Source of the DNA: Malacoraja senta
Taxonomy: Eukaryota
Length of the DNA stretch: 64,000 bases
Direction of reading: 5' to 3'
NCBI GenBank assembly: GCA_038087875.1
Contig: CM075977.1
Coordinates: forward strand, 229,338,001-229,402,000
Shown here: positions 23,776-35,548 of the stretch, piece by piece
Position numbering within the stretch: position 1 is the stretch's first letter
Layout of the letters: every line of letters begins with the position of its first letter
Made by a program: the position numbers and the translations under genes
The notes under the pieces: generated by a model
The model's input: only the letters and a program-made list of their open reading frames with translations
Databases searched by the model: none
Told to the model about the DNA's origin: nothing

Positions 23776-24677
23776 TCATCACAATTCCCTTTAAGTATTA
23801 CTGAATGTTTTTAAATTGTGAGAATTCTGCTCAATATAATGTCCCTGCCCTCGTTCACCAATGATAGAGTACACATTGTGGTGGTGACCCCATGAGTTAG
23901 CACTCAAACTGTTTTTGATTTCACAACACAATTAGAACTGGTTGTTGCACAACATTTCACAACCTGTATTCATGTGCCATCCCTTCTCATGAGTTTATCT
24001 CCATCTTTAATATGTTTATTTGATTTCCATTGTCAAATCTTGCATCAAAGCAGACTGTACATTGAATATTACTGCCCTCAGTAATTTGCAATCTTTCAGT
24101 AATTGTCAGCACACGGCTCCTTAGTACACTCAGCGCTACTATCTGGAAAAAACCCAAAAATATTTGTGAGTTGATCCTATATTATTCCACATAATTAAGT
24201 GGAGAAAGAGCATGAAATTAGCTGTAATCCCGGCCCCATTTACTTTGCATACAGTAGGCTGATTGGTTGCTCCTGGATCCACACAGTTTACTTCACTGGA
24301 GCAATATCTTAATCTGTTCATCTATCAATGTTTATATCTGCGTGCAATTAGTGCTCCACTAAATAAGTTCTTAATTAGTGATCGCAGACTAGACCATCAC
24401 ACAATCCACCATCTATTCCATTGGCCCTATCTAAATTTCATGCTGCCTTGGCAAAGCCACCAGCATAATTAAGGACGAGTCTCATTCCCTCTTCTCCCAT
24501 CAGGGAAAGGGTACAGAAGTGTGAAAATGCATACTTCTAGATTCAGGGACAGTTTCTTCCCAGCTGTTATCAGGCAATTGACCAATCACCAACTGGAGAG
24601 CTGCCCTGACCTACCATCTACCTCATCGGACAACCCCAGACTATCTTTAGTCGGATTTTATCGGACTTTATCTTGCA

Positions 24678-27600
24678 TTTTACTTTGGAGTCACATAAGT
24701 GACTACATGAAGAAGCCCGCCAGCCCACATGCGCGTCAATACGTCTAACGCATGGCGCAACGACTGGCTGCGAGGAGCGTCGCTCCTCCAGCGGTAAGTT
24801 TCAAACCCTGCAGGTAAGTTTTAAACTTATTTTCAGGTTTTATTTTTGGTTGCAGGAATCTCTTTTACAGAGTTTCCTGCTGGATATGGAAATCCGGTGC
24901 AAAATCCAGACGGGCCGCGGGGAAACTGGCTACGGAGGACCGCGGGAGTGCGGGAAGCCGGTGGCCGGCGAGTTCGCTACCCGAGTCGCTGACAGTGCGG
25001 TCGGCGACTTCAGACTTTGGCAACCCCGAAAGGGTGTACAGCCAAACGGTAGTCTGAGAGGCCTGTGGACTTGGACAAGTCAGGCCAGGAGGGTTCCCCT
25101 CCGTCAAACATGGGTAGCGTCCTCAGGCGTTTATCCCAGATGGAGCATGGATAGCGTCCTCGGGCGTTCATCCCAGATGGAGCATGGATAGCGTCCTCGG
25201 GCGTTCATCCCACAGAGGATGCTCCATCATGATATGCTCCGTGAAACGGTGCCATATCAGCGCAGGTCTCCTCAGGGGCCTGCGGCAGCGCCTGTTTCAG
25301 GGCTGCTTAAAAATCTCCCTCTCTGTGGAGGGGAGTGCCAGGGGTCAGTGTATGGCTGACTCCGAATTCGGAAGTATGTCCGTGGAACATACTGGAATGC
25401 ATGCGTGAGGTTCAAGAATTATCTGCCATGGCATCAAGGTTTGCGATACCCTCGCAAACAAAGGAGCCGCTGCAAGAAGAGTTGGCTTCCAGCATCAACT
25501 ACCTCACATCACATCATTACAGGAACAGGTGACGGCTGCAAAATACAATACACCTGTAAATTGTGCATTCCTGAAAGTGCCGGCAGTGAACAGCGCTATC
25601 TGGGGAGACATTGGAAGGGGCGTCACGGCATTTGCCAGATCTGAGGATGGCGGGCCCTTATCGGACGACCAGCAGGATGCCCTGGCGTTGATGTGCAATG
25701 CACACTTCGAAATGAACTGCTTTCAGAAGAACGCCATCAGCCCTGCCTTAAATCCCAAATTTGCAGGCTTATGTAAGGCCAGCAATGTCCAGCCGCCGAA
25801 TCTTCTCTTCGGGGAAGACCTACCTAAACAGGTAAAAGACCTGGATGAGGAAGCAAAAGCTGTCGGACTAATCAAGGTACCAACGACGAGCAAAGCTTCA
25901 CCATTTCGGCGACAACACCCCTACGCCTCCATCGGCAGTAAGCAGTTCACTGTAGCTGGTGGCAGCTCGAAAGCTGATTCTCTGGGCAGAGGTCTTTTAT
26001 GCCAAGGCCACCGGTAACCATGGAGGTAGGTGGGTCTGGTTCTTTCCAAAACATGGGGTGTGTGGACCATTTACAAGTTTACAATATACATCAAGTTGAG
26101 CATTTATTCATTCCAAACAAAAAGGTTTGGATATACAGGCAGATATCCAAACAAGTAAAATATCTGAATGAGGAAGCAAAAGCTGTCGGGTTAATTAAAG
26201 CACCCAAGACGAGCAAAGCTTCACCGTTTCAGCGACGACACCCTGCGCCTCCAAAAAAGAAAGATGGAGGATGTCGGATCATCCTTGATCTAACTTACAC
26301 TTAACTCACATGTGCAGTATAGACATTTTAAAATGGAAAACTTCGTTACTGTCTAACAACTAATTCCCAAAGGATGCTTTATGGCATGCATCAATCTCAA
26401 AGATGCATACTATTCAGTTCCCATTCACAGGGATCACCGGAGATATTTGAAATTTAGCTGGATGGGGCAACGATAGCAGTTTAAAGCGTTGCAAAATGGG
26501 CTAACTTCAGCTCCCAGGTTATTTACCAAATTACTAAAGCCAGTGCTTGGGCTGCTCAGAGCTCAAAAACACATTGTTATGGCCTAACTGGATGATATTC
26601 TAAAATGCTGTATTTGGCTAAATTAGCTGTTTCAGCCGCAAAACTAATATTTGAGAAATTGGGGGTTTCTCATCCATCCAGTTAAATTTAAGTTGATACC
26701 AACTAGAGTTATTGATTATTTGAGATTTACCTTTAACTCTATTAATATGTCTGTGACTCCGCCCTGGGGCAAGAGATTAGAATTAATAGAAGCCTGTAAC
26801 AACCTTGTTGTTATGAAGCAGCCTTCTATTCGTCAGGTGGCTAGTGTAATTGGCAATATAGTGGCTGTTTTTCCAGCTGCGCAATTTGGGCCTTTGCATT
26901 ATCAGAACTTACAACGTGCAAAGGAGCAAGCTCTCAAGTACCATTTAGGTCATTGTTAACAGACCTATGCTATTACCAGCTGAAGCTATCAGAGTTACAA
27001 TGGTGGACGAACAGTATTCAGCATTGCTCCACTAACATTTTGGTCAGTAAACCTTCAGTTATATTATAAACTGATGCTAGTGCTCAAAGATGGGAAATTA
27101 CTAATATCATCTCTATTTACGGAGGCGGATGGGATGTGCATGAGTTACCAATTCTTCAGTTATATGGTATCAACTACCTAGAGATACTGGGGGCATTCTA
27201 TGGGTTAAAGGCTTATTGTGCGAATATGTATAATCTGCATGCTCAACTACAAGTTGATAACACTACGGTGGTGGCATATATTAATCACATGGGTGGAATC
27301 AAGTCAGTATCCTGTGATAGTTTACCTAACCTCATTTGGCGCTGGTGTATCGTCACATAAATTTAATGACAACACAGAATAGATGTTGGATCACAAAGTA
27401 TTTAATGACATCGTTGCTCGATATGGAACACCGAATATCGATTTGTTTGCATCTAGGCTCAATCACCAGTTGCAAAACTATGTGGCATGGCAGCCAGACC
27501 CAGGGGCAGTGGCAATAGATGCATTCTCGCTACACTGGGGAGGAATGTTCTTTTATGCCTTTCCTCCATTTTGCCTCATCAGTCGGGTCTTGCAAAAAAT

Positions 27601-28744
27601 CCAGCAAGATTCCGCTTCAGGCATTTTCGTAGTGCCTGACTGGCCTATGCAGCCATGGTTCCCGCTGATGTTGGGAATGATTATAGAACCTTATATGGTT
27701 ATCTCTAAACACAAAAATTTGCTGGTTCATCCCGTGACTCGGGAAGTCATCCTCTGCATGATAGAATCAATTTATTGACTTGCAGACTCTCAGAAGACCG
27801 TTCCTGGGGTTCGGGTTGTCAGACCGAACCATGGACATGCTCACTGTCGCTTGGAGGGATAGCACCAAAAAGCAGTACATTTCCTCATCAGGAGATGGGA
27901 AGTGTTTTGTTTAAATGCTAATATAACATATAATACGGTACGGATAACTGATGTCTTGGAGTTCATTTTCAAATGGGTCTTTGACAAAAAATTAAGATAG
28001 TGCCATTAACTGTGCCTTCTCATCATATTTGCTGCAGGGATCGGGACCTACTCTGTCTCCAGATGGTTTAGATATGTATTGGATTGTACAGGAGTGAACA
28101 CTGATGTTATTAAATCTCACTCCACCAGGGCTGCGATAACATCAGCAGCAACGTTCATGGAGGTTCCGCTGGACCGCATCCTAGCGACAGCAGGATGGTC
28201 GAATGAGTGGACTTTCCATACCTTTTATAATAAACCGATTGCCAGGCCGGGTTTGTTTGCCAACTAAATTTTAAGTTCTATTCAATAATGTGCTTATTAT
28301 TTGCTTATTATTAGCATCAACATGTTTTAAATCTATGTCATGTCTGAATGCATTATCTTTTCAATCATTTCTGGTCAACTAATGCAGTGTGTTGCATGGA
28401 CTCGTGTTCACGGCATGAAATCACAGAGCTTTGAAATCTTCACGTAGTCACTCACGTGACTCCGAAGTAAAATAGGAAGATTAAATGAGAACTTACCAGT
28501 TTGAAGTTTGATCTTTATTTTATGAGGAGTTATGATGAGGGATTCTCATAAAGGTCATGTGGTAGTTCTTGTTTCTCGAATCTTCCTATAATCAGTTCAA
28601 CAACTGTTTCTGTGATTTCACACGGCTGCTTTGAAGGTTGACACGCATGCGGGCTGGCGGGCTTCTTCACGTAATCCCTCATCGTAACTCCTCATAAAAT
28701 AAAGATCAAACTTCAAACTGGTATGTTCTCGTTTAATCTTCCTA
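24678..28744 (+). mobile_element. Second DIRS1-type element (about 4.1 kb, degenerate, internal deletion in YR)
   Basis: Termini related to the first DIRS. ICR at 28438-28545. Gag-like 25529-26017, RNase H 26651-27360, MT-like 27383-27778, YR HSTRAA 28079-28267. Inserted without TSD at cttgca|ctaaat. Confidence 0.9.
25109..25212 (+). repeat. 37-bp tandem repeat, about 3 copies, inside the second DIRS
   Basis: catggatagcgtcctcgggcgttcatcccagatggag units start at 25109, 25146 and 25183. Confidence 0.9.
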
Positions 28745-28898
28745 CTAAATGTTATTCCCTTTACCCTGTATTTGTACAATGTGCACAGCTCGATTATAAT
28801 CATGTATTGTTTTTCCACAGACTGGATAGCGTGCAACAAAAAGCTTTTCACTGTACCTCAGTACACATGACAATAAACTAGACTAAACTAAATATTAC

Positions 28899-29218
28899 TA
28901 TGCGGCATGGTGGTGCAGCAGTAGAGTTGCTGCCTTACAACTATTGCAGTTGGAGACCTGGGTTTGATCTACGGGTGCTATCTGTATGGAGTTTGTATGT
29001 TCTCCCCATGACCACGTGGGCTTTCTCCAAGATCATCGGTTTCTTCCCATACTCCAAAGATGTACAGGTTTGTAGGTTAATGGCTTAGTATAAATGTAAA
29101 TTATCCCTACTGTGTGTAGGATAGCATTATTGTGCGGGGATTGCTGGTCGGTGCGGACTCGGTGAGCCGAAGGGCCTGTTTCCACGCTGTATCTCTAAAC
29201 TAAACTAAACTAAAGTAA
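28899..29218 (+). mobile_element. tRNA-derived V-SINE with CR1-like tail (others: 39125-39444 minus, 40463-40765 plus, 54481-54890 plus and interrupted, about 56540-56800 plus)
   Basis: A and B boxes (ggtggtgcagc, ggttcgatcc), V-domain ctccggtttcctcccacactccaaag, tail gggccgaagggcctgtttcc plus (CTAAA)n. Confidence 0.8.
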
Positions 29219-30918
29219 AGAGTATTTTAAGTGGCTTTTGGATAGGCACATGGATATACAGGAAGTGGGGGGATGCAGATTATGTACAGGCACCATCCTA
29301 AATTCCAAAGGATACCCATGAATCGAGTGGTACATAAAGGCTGGCACTGCCAATGACACTCATGCAACATGCTTCAACAGGACAAATGTCTGACAGGAAG
29401 TACACAGGACTACATTTTATGAAAGCATCTTCTCAATGTGCATCCACAGACTGTGTGTGATGCTTGAGGAAGCAATCAATATACGGATCAGTCTGCAATG
29501 ATGAAATGTAGATCCCACCAATGGATCTCAACAGTGGAACCAAAACAGCTCACACATTTCAGCCCAAATAGAAAATACATCAGATTTTCCCCATAAATGT
29601 TACTTAGAGGGATCACACAATCCACAGTAACGTACATGATCGTTTATTTTAAGATCTGTTTTAGTTGCACTAAGGACATGAGTGTTTTTTATTTTGCACT
29701 AGAATTGTAGTTATAAACTTATTTATTATATATTATCAATGTGTATTGTGTTTAAGGTCTGTTATGCTGCTGCGAGTATGTATTTCATTGTTCCATCGTT
29801 GGTTCTTTAGGATCACTGAATTCTCAATGATTTGCTGAGTCCAGTGGAAGCGTTTAAAACTTTTTGTTCAGGCACAATGGACATACGGCATCAGAGCAAA
29901 GCATTAAAATATCTTAACTCAAAATTGAACGTTTCATAACTAACAGAACAAAACACTATGGAATTAGTACATAAAGACTAAAGACTGAACATGACTTTTA
30001 TGGATACACTGAACATAGAGTGATGAGGATGTATCAAGCACCTCGCACCATTAAAGGATCATTGTTCACAGTTCTGTCCAGACTCCTGTCAGTTGTAACC
30101 TTAATCTCACAAACTGTTTCTGGACACCGCATTGAGCCAAACTGCTCGCATACTACTAAATGCAGTAGACGAGGTTTGTGGAGGCGCATATGGACCTCTC
30201 TCTCACCTGGACGGGCTGCTGTGGTTCCTGGAGGGAAGTGAGAGAGGAGATGTAGGGACATGTGTTATGTGATCCTGTTATTTAAGGAACAATAGATAAT
30301 TATTAGAGACAGTTCACAGAATGTTCACTTGGATATGGATTGTCTTGTGTGAGAAAGGTTGAAACGGGTGGGGCGGTACTCATTGTAACTTAAAAAATAA
30401 GAGGTGATCCCACTGAAACATAAAAATCCTGAGGGGGTTTGGCAGCCAGGTGTTGGAAGGATGATCCTGCTTGTAGTAAAGTCTGGGACCAAAACACATC
30501 AATGCAGAATAAGGAGGAGTCTTTTATGAATGAGACAAGGAAGAATATCTTCTCTCAAAAATCGGTGACATTTGAATTCCTTATCCCAGGAAAGGCTGAA
30601 TCTTTGAATATATTCAAAGTGGAGAAAAAATTATAATCAGTGAAAGAATCGAGTGTAATGGGACAGGGTGGGAGAGCAGATTTGGAACGTTGGATTAGCC
30701 ATAGTTTTATTAAGCATGAGAGAGGCTCAAATGGTGAATGGCCTGCTCCTGCTCCAATTTCCTATGGTCTCCATGACATCATTAAAAAAATTTCAGCTCC
30801 TTTTAAAAAAAAATGTCTATTTTGATATGATCTACAAATTGCAACATATCTGCTTATTATCAATTTGACTATCTTGATGTAATCAGCGTTTTCTGTTGCG
30901 CCTTTGCAAATTCATTAT

Positions 30919-30949
30919 ATTGCGCAACCCTATTTATTCGGAATATAAA
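30919..30949 (+). promoter_or_regulatory. Gene C promoter: near-palindromic C/EBP site ATTGCGCAAC (30919-30928) and TATAAA (30944-30949)
   Basis: 9/10 match to the ATTGCGCAAT consensus, 15 nt before the TATA box. Confidence 0.6.
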
Positions 30950-31030
30950 TGCAGAGGAAATAGAAGGCACCAAGAAAAACCAACTGAATCAGAAAGGCAA
31001 GGCAAGGCTCGGGAAGACTGGAATCCGACA

Positions 31031-31094
31031 ATGAACTACAGTGTTAGTGTTACACTCCTGCTGCTGCTTGGAATTTGTGCAGCTTTGTCTATGG
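31031..31094 (+). CDS. CXC chemokine-like gene C, exon 1 (MNYSVSVTLLLLLGICAALSM)
   Basis: ATG, hydrophobic core, 64 nt, G|gtgaga donor. Confidence 0.9.
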
Positions 31095-31569
31095 GTGAGA
31101 AAAATACCCTACATCTTGTCATTTATAGTCTTAAGCTTTATAATTGTTGTTAGATTTTTGATTAATTCAGCCAGTTGAATGAACTATGGAAGACAGTTCA
31201 CCGAATGTTCACTTGGATAATATTAGATATGGATTGTCTTATAATAAATGGTTGAAGCGGGTGGGTCTGTACTCATTTAAAACCACACACCTAAAAATGA
31301 GCGGTAATCACACTGAAACATAGAATCCTGAGGGGGTTTGGCAGGTTCTGATTCAAAGACAGTGTGTGTTTTCCAGGTTGTTCTATTTGATGTTCAGTCT
31401 TGCAGGTTACTATGTGTCCAGATGGAACTTGATGTGTCCTTCCTTGGTCTTAGAATAGGCCTTGTTATAACAGTGCAGAAGGCCAAAGAAGAGGCCACAT
31501 TGTGAACACTTAAAGTCATAAAACTAATTTTAAGGAATATATGTTTACAACATGTCATTTGTTTTACAG

Positions 31570-31702
31570 CGGCTCATTTAAATATCAATGAAGGAGCACA
31601 ATGTATGTGCAGCACATATGAAACAAATTCCACGTCCGTGGTTGATATTTATAAAATTGAAATCTTCATGGCGAACGAAAAGTGCAACTACACGGAAATC
31701 AT
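31570..31702 (+). CDS. Gene C exon 2: (A)AHLNINEGAQCMCSTYETNSTSVVDIYKIEIFMANEKCNYTEI(I)
   Basis: ttttacag| and AT|gtaaga, 133 nt, CMC and Cys3 present. Confidence 0.92.
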
Positions 31703-31951
31703 GTAAGAATTGTTCATGCATTTAAATTTTCATGCTTATATTTCAATGGGTGGGATTCGTGATAATGTGGAGCAATTGTATTAATTACATTTTTATCTGC
31801 AGATCATCTGCCACATGTGAAAGGAACAAACAAGAGAACTCTGACAAACATTTTTTAATTAAATGATGTTGCAATTTATCCCCCCCCCCCCCCACCTCCT
31901 CAAAAAAAATCTAATAACTAGAAAGATTAAATGTCTCCCTTTTTCTTTCAG

Positions 31952-32063
31952 AGCTCATCAGATTTCACCACCTGAGAAAGTTTGTTTGAGTGGGAAGACT
32001 TCCTGGGTGAAGACGCTTATTATTGACTTACTTAACAAAACTGCAATGCAGGATACATTTTGA
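31952..32063 (+). CDS. Gene C exon 3: AHQISPPEKVCLSGKTSWVKTLIIDLLNKTAMQDTF*
   Basis: tttctttcag| acceptor, Cys4, TGA stop, AATAAA at about 32150. Confidence 0.92.
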
Positions 32064-33692
32064 AGGGCTTCATTGCCACAATGGTATCCTGAGGTGATGA
32101 AACAGGTTTTATACCTACACATGTTTGTATGGTGGTGATTTTAATTCTAAATAAAAAGGATTGTATCTCTGATATGATTTAATCATCAAATACATGACAT
32201 TCTAAAATGTATTTGTCTTTTCCTAAATATAATGCCAAATCATGTATCTCTTCCCTATAAGGGAAAGTCTCCAATATTAAATCATAGAATGAGGTTCACA
32301 GCAGATTATTCAGCACAAATGTCGTTGCTGGTTATGTAAAAGTGATATTCAAGTACTCTCACCTATAGCTCTTCAACTCCCAACCACCACCAAAACTCAC
32401 CACCATTTCAGGTATTTTCAAAGCCATGCAAATTTCTCTGCTTAAAAGTTCTTCCAACTAACCCTTTATTGAAAGTTACCATTAAATCTGCTCCACTGCC
32501 TTTTCAGAGAAACTCCAGATTAACAGCTCTTTTCCTTGTGTTTCTTTTGCAAATTTCTCCACATCCGTGCCCTCTAGTCAATGATGCTTTTGCCATGAGC
32601 ACACTTTCATCTTCTCCATTTTATATTTCATGATATACTGGATATTGGATATACAGTATGCTTCAAACCTCACCTTCACTCCACCTCTGCCCTGTTAAAT
32701 AATCCAAGCTTCTCCATTTTCTCAATAAAATAGAGATTCCAAAAACATGGCTTTATTCTTGTAAATCAGCTTTGTGGGACTTTGATTTTGTTCGTAATTT
32801 GGTGCCATGAACTGGAAGGATTACATCAGCTAGAAACCTATGAAAGATTTATCATGGTTCCTTGCTTTTTTTAATTCTATGATGAGATGGGCAAACTGCA
32901 GAATCCCTGTTTCCTTTTTTAATGGCAGTCATTGGCACATCAGGATGGAGGTGATTGAGCTTTCCTGATCTAATGACATTGTAAATCCAGGGGCACAGTA
33001 CTATACCCAACTCCGGTTTTTCCAGACACATCTTTCCAGCCACTGCTCCATTCTTTTCAGGGTCTCTATTACTTTGGCATTCACCTTTTCTCTGTCGGTA
33101 ACACAAGGAACATTAAATTAGAGTAACCAGAGTAATGTGGATAAATGGTCTTTAGTTTAAGAGCATACTTCATATTATTTTAAGCTATAAGCAGCATGGT
33201 ACAGCAAGAAATGTGTCTGTCGAGAGCTTGCTATATTATATGTATGAAAAATTGTGTGCGTTCAAGTTTTGCTAATAAACTGCTTTGAATCCAATAATCG
33301 TATCCTGGTCATCATTTTAAAGAGACACAGGGAGAATGATACGGAACACCAAAGCTAAGTTAAGTCAATTAGATTTATAGAACACACAAACAGGCTGACT
33401 GAGTCTGAAGATGGGTCTTGACCCGAAACATCACCTATTTCTTTTCTCCAGAATTGCTGCCTGACCCAATGCATTTTGCAACTCCAGCATTTTGTATCTA
33501 TGTTCGACAGAAACAGGCAAATCAGCATACCATGTCCATGATATCCAGTACTCATCTATATTAATGCCATTTACTAGTACTTTGTCTGTGACCTTCTATG
33601 CATTGGCAATACAAGTGCTCATCCAGAAGCTACTATAATGTTGTGAGAAACCTATCCACGCCATCCAGTGTGGTAAAATGTGTTAAACATTT

Positions 33693-34161
33693 AATAATAA
33701 TAATAATTCATTTTATTTACTGGCGCCTTTCTAAACCCAAGTACACCTTACAAGGCATAGAATCACAAAAATACAAAACACATAATCGGAATAAATTAAA
33801 TATAAAAACACCACAGTACACAAATCAAGGACAGAATTCAATTTCAAAAGCACAAAAAGAAAATAAGAAACACAATTTGAGGAGAGAGCAGCTGCGACCA
33901 ATTCGCGCCAGCGTCCACTCTCCCCTCCGACCGCCATCTTGCACACAGACTAACAGGCACAGCACACAAAAATCATCCCCCCACAATGACCACCACTGTG
34001 GGGAAGGCACAATGTCCAGTCCCCAGCCCCAGTTCTCCCCAGAGTCAGGCCCAATGAGGCCTCCACAGTTGCCTCTACGGAGGCCCGATGTTCCTGGCCG
34101 TCGGGAGAGTCCTCGCAGTGGCTGGAACGGCTGGAGTCGATGGCACCTGAAGCCGACAGGT
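33693..34161 (-). mobile_element. L2-tailed SINE or 5'-truncated L2, specific to unit C
   Basis: Reverse strand ends tgtaaggtgtacttgggtttagaaaggcgccagtaaataaaatgaattattattatt. Empty site in unit B at about 19620 (aaacattt|gtaacatc). Confidence 0.65.
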
Positions 34162-34468
34162 GTAACATCTTCTGCGTGACTACGCTTTTCCTCAGCTTTG
34201 CTGTAACCGCTTACCTCTTACTCACAATTTACTCTATTTATCCCCTGCACAAGTCCAAGGTAGTGCAAGAAGTAGTCTTTAGTGTTCTGTTGCAGAGGTA
34301 GGATTAGATTTGTTCAGGTTAGTTCAAGAATGTGACGATGTAAGAGAGTAACTATTCCTGAACCTGGTGGTGCGGGACTTCAGGCTTCTGGACCTCCTGC
34401 CTGACAGTAGCAGCAATAAGAGGGCATGGCCGAGATGGCCTGGATCCTTGATATTAGGCAACACCTGA

Positions 34469-34668
34469 NNNNNNNNNNNNNNNNNNNNNNNNNNNNNNNN
34501 NNNNNNNNNNNNNNNNNNNNNNNNNNNNNNNNNNNNNNNNNNNNNNNNNNNNNNNNNNNNNNNNNNNNNNNNNNNNNNNNNNNNNNNNNNNNNNNNNNNN
34601 NNNNNNNNNNNNNNNNNNNNNNNNNNNNNNNNNNNNNNNNNNNNNNNNNNNNNNNNNNNNNNNNNNNN
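34469..34668. other. Assembly gap, 200 N
   Basis: Run of N with a round fixed length. Confidence 0.99.
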
Positions 34669-35548
34669 ACACCTGCCATAAGTCAGAATGAACTTATTTC
34701 ACACATTTCACTGTACCAATTGGTACATGACAAATAAATGTATCTTGAATGAAAGGACATAGGGTGACATCTTACAATATTTAAACAATAAATATAGTGA
34801 GGAGCAGCAGAAAACTACAAAGCAGAAAACAGATGTGTGGGTAGTTAACTTCCCAATGAGAAATAGCGTAAGTTCTGAGTTATCGAGGCACTAAAGAACT
34901 CATCAACAAATGACTGAAAACTTTAAGTCCATTCAAAACTAACCTTTTGAATAAAGGCATTGTCTACTGTAACTTAAAACTATCCCTAACCTTTTCCAAA
35001 TCCCTCACCTATTGTGCAAGGTTTGTTGATCTGAGTTAGATATTAAAGTTCATCTCAAAACTTTACTCAGAGATATAATTTTATAGCATATTCACAATTC
35101 TAACGGACAAGATCATCTGAATTAATGTTCAGCTACTACACACCATGTTACATACGACGCCTTATTGATGCCACTGAGTTTCATAGAACCTACACACCAT
35201 CTGACAAATCCTTCTTTGCAGTGGTCTCATCTGCACAAGGAAAGTCACACGACCAGCCCTTGCATGGCCATTAATGTTAACATTAAAGTCATCATCTCAC
35301 TCTCACATTCTGCGCACCCCAATGTACAGCAGTTTTCCAAGGCTAGAGTTAGTTGGAAGGTACTTTGTGACAATAGACAATAGACAATAGACAATAGGTG
35401 CAGGAGTAGGCCATTCGGCCCTACGAGCCAGCACCCTCCCCATTCAATGTGATCATGGCTGATCATCCACAATCAGTACCCCGTTCCTGCCTTCTCCCCA
35501 TATCCCCTGACTCTGCTGTTTTTAAGAGCCCTATCTAGCTCTCTCTTG

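Noticed and set aside
28899-28975. tRNA-like A and B boxes
   Set aside because: These are the heads of V-SINEs (followed by the V-domain and CR1 tail), not tRNA genes.
3761-32063. Assigning symbols such as CXCL8, CXCL10 or CXCL13
   Set aside because: There is no ELR motif, the proteins are too divergent, and no flanking synteny genes lie in the window. A phylogeny is needed.
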